Part shown: positions 57,647 to 64,000 of the stretch, piece by piece | Position numbering within the stretch: position 1 is the stretch's first letter | How the letters are laid out: every line of letters begins with the position of its first letter | Origin: an uncultured virus (IMG/VR IMGVR_UViG_3300029305_009617) | Taxonomy: Duplodnaviria > Heunggongvirae > Uroviricota > Caudoviricetes | Strand: one strand, 5' to 3' | Virus record (IMG/VR): IMGVR_UViG_3300029305_009617 | DNA: 64,000 bases | The notes under the pieces: model-generated | What the model saw: only the letters and a program-made list of their open reading frames with translations | Database searches by the model: none | What the model was told of the DNA's origin: nothing | Program-made: the position numbers and the translations under genes

Positions 57647-58612
57647 TTAGTTTGCTATACAATACTTCCGACCAACAATTTCAACTACCGGATACAAATA
57701 TAGCTCCGCTATCTCTTTACAGTAATCATATGTTATAATCATATCTGCTCCTGGCATCCCTTGATAAAGCTGATTTAACAGGAAAGAAAGTTTTTCATGG
57801 TCTTCCGGCGTGTAATACAGATTGTATAAGAACTTTCCTTTTTGGAAATACGGTGGGTCAATGAAAAGCGTAGTATTCGAATACCAATACATCTCTTCTA
57901 TAAAGTCATAAGCATCCACATTACTGATAAAAATATGCTCCGAATACTTGTCTATTGCTTTGATTTTCCTGATTAGATTATCCGGATTCCACCGGGCTTT
58001 CGGATTACTCATACAGTTTGCTTTTACAATACCGGAATACGCCAGTCTGTTTACTATCAGCATGACCCATGCAGCATCGGTAGTATCAAGCCCTTTATAT
58101 CCTCCCAGAACGCTCAATTTTGCCTCTTTAAAGGCTTTTTCTGACGGAGTAAAGGTTTTTATCCTATGTATCAAAATTTGAGGAAAATACTTGATTGTAT
58201 AGAAAAGAGAATAAATACCAAAATCTGCATCGTTAAGATATAGATTTTCAATCTTCCCGGCAAGCAAAAGTGATAAACCGACTGATGCACCACCGGCAAA
58301 TGGCTCTACGAAGTTAACCATGTTGGAATCATTGCATTTATCGAGTATTGAACCAATAAACTTACTTTTTCCACCCGGATAACGTAATGGAGACACTTGT
58401 GTCGGAAAATCCGGCTTGGAATATAGACTATGATGTGAAGCTGCCATCTTATCTTCCAGCAATAGTAAAAAGTTATGTTTTTCTGTCTGATCTGCAAAAT
58501 ACGTGAACCCATCACAGTTCGGACACCAAAAGCCTCTATAAAATTGTTCATCAGGTTCTACATCTTCCAGACTGGCAGCAGTATAACCGCAAAAAGTACA
58601 TGTATATTCCAT
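57647..58612 (-). CDS. Dam/D12-class N6-adenine DNA methyltransferase with N-terminal Zn ribbon
   Basis: SPLRYPGGK, EPFAGGAS, LND, FIDPPY; CTFC..CPNC. Confidence 0.9.
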   Translation of the reverse strand: MEYTCTFCGYTAASLEDVEPDEQFYRGFWCPNCDGFTYFADQTEKHNFLLLLEDKMAASHHSLYSKPDFPTQVSPLRYPGGKSKFIGSILDKCNDSNMVNFVEPFAGGASVGLSLLLAGKIENLYLNDADFGIYSLFYTIKYFPQILIHRIKTFTPSEKAFKEAKLSVLGGYKGLDTTDAAWVMLIVNRLAYSGIVKANCMSNPKARWNPDNLIRKIKAIDKYSEHIFISNVDAYDFIEEMYWYSNTTLFIDPPYFQKGKFLYNLYYTPEDHEKLSFLLNQLYQGMPGADMIITYDYCKEIAELYLYPVVEIVGRKYCIAN

Positions 58613-58640
58613 TATAGCTTACCCTTTTCTCTGGTGCGAT

Positions 58641-58850
58641 TTACAGCACTGACTTATTCCATAATCTACTTAGTTTCCAATATGCAAACTGAGCGAGAGT
58701 AATATTTTCACATTCCATAGGCTCGTACTCATGTTTTGGAAAATCATTAATATCGTTATATGGCTTCGTAGTATGTATCACAGAAACTTTATCGTCTTTA
58801 TAACGAATTAATAGAAAGCGTAAATGTGAACTATATATTTTTCTTTTCAT
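58641..58850 (-). CDS. Small hypothetical protein
   Basis: GGAGG RBS. Confidence 0.5.
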   Translation of the reverse strand: MKRKIYSSHLRFLLIRYKDDKVSVIHTTKPYNDINDFPKHEYEPMECENITLAQFAYWKLSRLWNKSVL

Positions 58851-59120
58851 TTATGTATCCTCCATTAACTTTTTCCAAGGTAAGTCAACATATATTGCCA
58901 AGCACCCCATATCACTGGCAAGCTCTTCAAGCTTTTCATCATCCGTCCATACGGTACATTCAACACTTGCCGCCCCGCAATATGGACATACCGGATATCC
59001 CGGCGGGCAATCCTCCAATGATTTTTCTCCAATAATGAATTCTTTGTTGCAATTATCACATTCATATTTCTTATGACCGTCAATATAAACTCCTTTCTCC
59101 CAACTCTCATCACGAAACAT
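58851..59120 (-). CDS. Zn-ribbon protein
   Basis: CDNC..CPYCG; GGAGG RBS. Confidence 0.65.
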   Translation of the reverse strand: MFRDESWEKGVYIDGHKKYECDNCNKEFIIGEKSLEDCPPGYPVCPYCGAASVECTVWTDDEKLEELASDMGCLAIYVDLPWKKLMEDT

Positions 59121-59267
59121 ATCTTTACCTCCAACTATTTTAATACATGTTGATTGCTTATTCTTTTAAACGCATCTGATACATATTGTGTCGAATAAGT
59201 GCTAATTTTTAATAATAATTCAAACTTCTTGAATATTTAAGTCATTTTAAAATAAATTTATATGGAA

Positions 59268-59339
59268 TTGGGCTAATCGGATTTGAACCGATGAATGCAG
59301 CAGTCAAAGTGCTGTGCCTTTCCGCTTGGCGATAGCCCA
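59268..59339 (-). tRNA. tRNA-Gln (anticodon TTG)
   Basis: Cloverleaf: TGGGCTA/TAGCCCA acceptor, GCC/GGC D arm, CAGCA-CTTTGAC-TGCTG, ATCGG-TTCAAAT-CCGAT. Confidence 0.95.
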
Positions 59340-59365
59340 TCAAAGGCGGAAAACCGCCTTAATAA

Positions 59366-59638
59366 TTAGTTGATTGCATCTTTTAAAGATTTACCAGCTT
59401 TAAACTTTGGTGTTTTTGATGCTGCAATTGTCATCGGCGCACCTGTCTGTGGATTGCGGCCTTCACGTGCGGCTCTTTCTGCAACTTCAAAATTTCCAAA
59501 TCCTACTAATGCCACTTTTTCACCTTTTTTAAGTTCCTCTGTTACGGTATCCGTAAATGCTTTTAAAGCTGCTTCCGCATCTTTTTTTGATAATCCGGCT
59601 TTTTCGGCCATTACTGCTACTAATTCTGTCTTACCCAT
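59366..59638 (-). CDS. hup: Histone-like DNA-binding protein HU
   Basis: [30 protein letters not shown]. Confidence 0.97.
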   Translation of the reverse strand: MGKTELVAVMAEKAGLSKKDAEAALKAFTDTVTEELKKGEKVALVGFGNFEVAERAAREGRNPQTGAPMTIAASKTPKFKAGKSLKDAIN

Positions 59639-59723
59639 TTGTAAAACCCTCCTTTGTAATTAAAATCTATAGAAACGCAATTAGCGTATCTAGCAAAGTA
59701 ATACTCATAAAATACTATAACAA

Positions 59724-61460
59724 CTATTCAAATATTGATTTGTCCGCGATTGTTATCAGATTATTATTTTCTGCTTGCTTATCGAGTATAAGATTTTTTT
59801 CACTATAGAACTTATCTTCTTCATAATTCATCAAGGCAAAGGCTGTACCGTCCCCCTCTACTTTATCTGATAGTACGTCAATTCTTTTTGCTCTTATTCC
59901 GCCATCTTCGAAGGTGATCACTCTCGTTTCCTTTATAGTAACAAACGGCTTTGTTAGAGTTACATCTGCAAGAAACATTTCATCTGTTTCTGAAAAATAT
60001 ATTTTATAGACTGCTTTATATTCTTCATCTGAAAGCCACTCTGTTCCATTGTAAACACCTGTAATTGAAGTTGATAAATATTCTGCCGTTGCAGAGTGAT
60101 TCTTTAAAACATAAAAGGTGTCTGCCTTTTCAAATACAGCATTTCCTTTAACCCTAAAATTAACAATATTTTTATTGGTAATACCTGTATATATTATTTC
60201 CACACTTTCATCTGTCTGGTTTTCGATAGAGTATGTAAACTGGGTGAGGTTTCCTAATTCTATATTGTGTTTTTTGCCATTAGCTGCATAAACAGCGTTC
60301 TCTCCTTCTAACAAAGGCGCAAATATAGAAACTTGAGCTGATTCTATGTTTTTAATTTCAAAAATAGCTGACGAGCCCTCTGATGATACAAGGGCTTCTT
60401 TCTGATAATCATAATATCCATCTAATGATGGGGTCACGAAAAGAGAAGGTCTCTCTATCCAGTCTAATCCTTTGATACTGAACTTATTTTTGCTTGTATC
60501 ATATTTACCTGCAACTTCTATTTTTCCTGGCATTAAATTTGCTAATTTAAAGGATAATGTACCTTCAATATAACCGTTTTCTGTTACAGTAATTTTTAAT
60601 ACTGCATCTTTTAAATCATCATCCCCTATAACAAAGGAACCGGCCCATGTTCCAGAAAGAGCGGTATCAACAATATAATTTTCTGTATTTTCCCATACCT
60701 TTTTCCAGATTATATCTCCTGTTTTCACCATCTCTGACTTATAGGCTGTCTGTGATGATACCCTTGTTAGTATGTTTTTTGTACTGAATAAATAATTTCT
60801 TTCCAAAATACAAATATTTATCCCTGGAATATAAGCTTTTTGTTGTACTGTATAATTACAAATATTTTCCGGTGCTATAGTTATGGTTTTATTTTCTATC
60901 TTAACACCTTGAGATTCCAACAGTTCTATACTCTCTGATTTTGTTATAACCATTTCTTGACGTTGTACTAATATATTAAGTACGGAGATAAAAATTCCGC
61001 TGATGAAAAGCATTAGTAATACTACATGTATTTTATTTTTGCCAATTTTTTTTTTCCTTTTTAGCAGTATAAAACCGGTTTCTCCTTCTGTCATATTAAC
61101 GTGTTCTTCTATTTTTATCTGCCTTTTCTTTAAACACTTTATCTGCAATAATCTCTTTTTAATATATTCAAGAACAGACTCTCTCTTTAGTCCTATTTCA
61201 ATATTTTCTTCTCCGACTTTCATTGGAGATTCCTGTATAAAAGGGTTTGCTGAAAGTTTTGATAGGATCATTCTTTTTGCAGCTTCATAATTATCTTTTT
61301 GTTCCTGAGTTAATCCTGAAGCCATCGTTTTAATATAAAATTGAGTGCATACTTTGTCATATGTTACTGGAAATATATCAATTCCTAATAATTCATATGC
61401 TTCTCTTAAAGTTGTTATCGATGTATCTTCTTCTTTTTTCTTTTTCCACTTTATACCCAT
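59724..61460 (-). CDS. Single-TM protein with a degenerate J-domain-like N-terminus and large C-terminal domain
   Basis: TLREAYELLGI; one hydrophobic helix; no HPD motif. Confidence 0.55.
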   Translation of the reverse strand: MGIKWKKKKEEDTSITTLREAYELLGIDIFPVTYDKVCTQFYIKTMASGLTQEQKDNYEAAKRMILSKLSANPFIQESPMKVGEENIEIGLKRESVLEYIKKRLLQIKCLKKRQIKIEEHVNMTEGETGFILLKRKKKIGKNKIHVVLLMLFISGIFISVLNILVQRQEMVITKSESIELLESQGVKIENKTITIAPENICNYTVQQKAYIPGINICILERNYLFSTKNILTRVSSQTAYKSEMVKTGDIIWKKVWENTENYIVDTALSGTWAGSFVIGDDDLKDAVLKITVTENGYIEGTLSFKLANLMPGKIEVAGKYDTSKNKFSIKGLDWIERPSLFVTPSLDGYYDYQKEALVSSEGSSAIFEIKNIESAQVSIFAPLLEGENAVYAANGKKHNIELGNLTQFTYSIENQTDESVEIIYTGITNKNIVNFRVKGNAVFEKADTFYVLKNHSATAEYLSTSITGVYNGTEWLSDEEYKAVYKIYFSETDEMFLADVTLTKPFVTIKETRVITFEDGGIRAKRIDVLSDKVEGDGTAFALMNYEEDKFYSEKNLILDKQAENNNLITIADKSIFE

Positions 61461-61540
61461 ATATTTTTCCTTTGTAACATATATCTTGGTTGTCTTTTAT
61501 TAATTTACAGTATTTTTGCTGTATTTAGGAATATATAACG

Positions 61541-61954
61541 TTAAACATGTAAAATTACTGCCATTTTTTCAAAAAATTCTTCTAGTTGCATTAATATAAA
61601 TAATAAAAAACCAACTGCTGCAATTATAAGAACCTGCTTCCTTGTAAAAAATTTAAACCACAATTCTGTCTCAACCCAGGATTTCTCATAATGCATCCTT
61701 TCCAGTTTCTGTGAACCTTCCAGTTGGAGTTCAAGCATACGTAATTTATCCAACCTTGGGCGAATTGTTGAATAATCATAATTTATGGCTAATATAACCG
61801 CATTTTTCATTTTATTAATTTCAAATAGTAACGATTTTCGAATCTTTTCAAAATGAATATTATTTTCTTTTGAAAAAAATTCAGGATTGAAATTTCGTTC
61901 ATCTAATAAATGGTTGTATTCTTTAATAACATTGTAATATTGCTTTTTATTCAC
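61541..61954 (-). CDS. Hypothetical protein with C-terminal TM
   Basis: GTG start after AAAGGA. Confidence 0.55.
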   Translation of the reverse strand: MNKKQYYNVIKEYNHLLDERNFNPEFFSKENNIHFEKIRKSLLFEINKMKNAVILAINYDYSTIRPRLDKLRMLELQLEGSQKLERMHYEKSWVETELWFKFFTRKQVLIIAAVGFLLFILMQLEEFFEKMAVILHV

Positions 61955-62056
61955 CTTAGCGTTATTCCTTTCTATAGTAATGCCATATAAAATGATTCCT
62001 GAGCAACATAACTTATTTTATACTCTGTTATTTACATCAGTTTTCCAAAATGAATA

Positions 62057-62356
62057 TTATTTGTCTATTATTCCATCAAGACCGAATCCAATCTTTGAGT
62101 TATCAATTTCATATTCTATCGTTGGAAGTGGCGGTAATTCTACTTCGATATCCGGTATTTCTACTGTTGGAATTTCTATATGGGAAGGAGCTTCATACCC
62201 TAGAGCTAACCATATAACACCTGTCCTTATGCTAATAAATAAGAATGCTATTATTGATATAATTATCAGCCATTTAATTTTTTTTATAATGGACACAATT
62301 ATAATTAGTGTAATAACTATAGCAATGATGATACCTGTGTATACTTCTTGTTTCAT
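62057..62356 (-). CDS. Small membrane protein
   Basis: Hydrophobic N-terminus, Pro/Glu-rich tail. Confidence 0.5.
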   Translation of the reverse strand: MKQEVYTGIIIAIVITLIIIVSIIKKIKWLIIISIIAFLFISIRTGVIWLALGYEAPSHIEIPTVEIPDIEVELPPLPTIEYEIDNSKIGFGLDGIIDK

Positions 62357-62440
62357 AAAATTAAAGCAGAATTTTTATTATTTGGATGCAAAAACATATA
62401 ATATATTATTCTGCTATTCTCCTTTCGTTAAATTTCCATT

Positions 62441-63181
62441 TATTTTTTTCATGTTGCTCGTAAGTACAACGACCTTAATGGGTTTAGGACCAGCCTAAAT
62501 ACTATCTCAATCCACGCTGCCCTTACGGACAGCGACCAGCAGGAGATAGATTTTTCCAAATACATAGTAATTTCAATTCACACTGCCCTTGCGGACAGTG
62601 ATGCAACATCTTTATTATCCGGATTGTACATACGAATTTCAATCCACACCGCCCTTGCGGGCAGTGACATTTCTGCATATACTACCATCTACCCCAAATG
62701 ATGATTTCAATCCACACTGCCCTTGCGGGCAGTGACTTTAGAGTTCAAACTACGCCCTACATAGTAATTATTTCAATCCACACCGCCCTTGCGGGCAGTG
62801 ACCAAGGCAATAGAAAATGAAAACAAAAGAATTATTATTTCAATCCACACTGTCTTTGCGGACAGTGACTGTACAATTCAGATGATATAAATTAAGGGAG
62901 CCATTTCAATCCACACCGCCCCTGTGGGCAGTGACACGCGTGTTCATAGCATTAAGTGTTGTGAAATAATTTCAATCCACACTGCCCTTGCGGGCAGTGA
63001 CTAATAGGTTCCGGACCTGGACCAACCCAGATGCGATTTCAATCCACACTGCCCTTGCGGGCAGTGACGCAATACCGCATTTTATATTACGCTCCAAATT
63101 AATTATTTCAATCCACACCGCCCTTGCGGGCAATGACGCAGCTGAGTGAATTATTTAAAACTGACGAGGATATTTCAATCC
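62441..63181 (-). CRISPR. Type I-C CRISPR array: 10 full 33 bp repeats, a 10 nt partial first repeat and a degenerate trailer repeat; 11 spacers of 30-36 nt
   Basis: Consensus GTCACTGCCCGCAAGGGC(A/G)GTGTGGATTGAAAT; + strand starts 62504, 62570, 62636, 62704, 62770, 62837, 62903, 62969, 63036, 63105; partial 63172-63181; degenerate 62441-62473. Confidence 0.97.
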
Positions 63182-63199
63182 TTCTTCCCTATAATCCAT
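63182..63199 (-). pseudogene. Probable 5' remnant of cas4 (MDYREE)
   Basis: ATG overlapping the cas7 end reads MDYREE then runs into the partial repeat. Confidence 0.45.
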
Positions 63200-64000
63200 T
63201 GCATTCTGTCACCTTAAGTCCATCCAGAGTGCTTAATTCAATGTTGTAGTCCTCTACATACTTTGGTTCATCGCAGTTCGGAGTAATGCGTAATGAACGA
63301 TGTACTTCCGCTGTTGAATACTGGCCAGTTTTATTGTTATGCTCCCACCATATTACATCTACCACTTCCATACTTCCTTCCGGACGAGCAGAGCTTGAAT
63401 CTCCAACGAATAAGGTTCTTAATGCTTCCCTTATCTTTTCTGCATCTTCTTCCATAAATCCGGTTTTTTCAGCCAGCTGTGGGCTGATGCTTCCTTTTAC
63501 CACATACATGGCAGTACTTACACGATGCTTCATACCCATGGTATCTGATGCCCTGCCTGCTTTATCCTCGCCATTTACGGATTTTGTAATCTGGATACTT
63601 TCTACATCTACCGGAAGAACACTGAAAGCCGGATGAATAGACACCGGACCTCTTACTCCGATAGAAACTTCATTTCCCTTAAATGCAAATACCTGTCCAA
63701 ATGCACGGACATCCATCCATTCCCTGCAAGCCGCTTCTGAAAAAGCTTTTTCATTTTTGTTTTTCTGAGCTGCTTCTAATTCCTTATTGTTCTTAGCACG
63801 TTCTGCAAGGCTTCTGTATCCATCGTCGCAAAACTCATTGCTCTGAACGAAGATTTTTTCACCCATAGCCTGCAATCGGTTTCTGATTTTTCTCTTAATA
63901 CATACATCTGAAATTTCACCATATCCGTCGTAGGTGGTTCTTGGGCGGTTTTCATTTAACGGATCACCGTTAGGGTTTGCATTGTTTACCATAATTACTG
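63189..64000 (-). CDS. cas7: Type I-C Cas7/Csd2; 5' end outside the window
   Basis: NANPNGDP..NRPR, SDVCIKRKIRN, DVRAFGQV, VRGPV, TMGMK, SSARP. Confidence 0.95.
   Translation of the reverse strand, partial: VIMVNNANPNGDPLNENRPRTTYDGYGEISDVCIKRKIRNRLQAMGEKIFVQSNEFCDDGYRSLAERAKNNKELEAAQKNKNEKAFSEAACREWMDVRAFGQVFAFKGNEVSIGVRGPVSIHPAFSVLPVDVESIQITKSVNGEDKAGRASDTMGMKHRVSTAMYVVKGSISPQLAEKTGFMEEDAEKIREALRTLFVGDSSSARPEGSMEVVDVIWWEHNNKTGQYSTAEVHRSLRITPNCDEPKYVEDYNIELSTLDGLKVTECNGL

Noticed and set aside
62669..62703. Spacer resembling 12548-12577 (shared AGATGGTAGT) as a self-target
   Set aside because: Only a 10 nt core plus gapped flanks; expected by chance in AT-rich DNA.
62537..62769. Two spacers share TACATAGTA near one end
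   Set aside because: The remaining sequence is unrelated, both read as plausible coding fragments, and no matching intergenic motif was found in the window.
147..64000. Many antisense and alternate-frame ORFs in the track (e.g. 1278-1592, 59370-59663, 61980-62498, 63286-63636)
   Set aside because: They shadow well-supported genes and lack RBSs or recognisable motifs.

Overview
AT-rich segment of a large Firmicutes (Lachnospiraceae/Clostridia-like) mobile replicon, most likely a megaplasmid or large phage-plasmid. No phage structural, T4SS or housekeeping chromosomal genes are visible, so the element type is inferred. Bases 1-38.6 kb are mostly + strand: a PRTRC-like ubiquitin module (E2, Ubl-JAB fusion, ThiF/E1) with a Rad52-like SSAP and ssb, a UvrD helicase, a full clamp-loader set (holA, holB, dnaX), nrdG/nrdD, a membrane nuclease and an HD-GYP protein. 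Several genes encode apparently catalytically dead enzymes (YhaM, TnpA, tyrosine recombinase, PolA-type exonuclease). Bases 39.9-64 kb are mostly - strand: small phage-like ORFs, a Dam-family methylase, HU, tRNA-Gln, and type I-C cas7 joined directly to a CRISPR array after apparent deletion of cas4-cas1-cas2 and the leader. The two halves converge on a 1.3 kb non-coding palindrome cluster. Four dispersed cis-element families were found: three long promoter+attenuator leaders, four copies of a covarying ~60 nt RNA structure, four promoters sharing the spacer operator ATATGTACAATT, and short gene-junction motifs. The most striking observation is that 2 of 11 CRISPR spacers resemble that promoter family. 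All protein calls come from motif recognition by eye and all alignments were counted by hand; no database searches were run.
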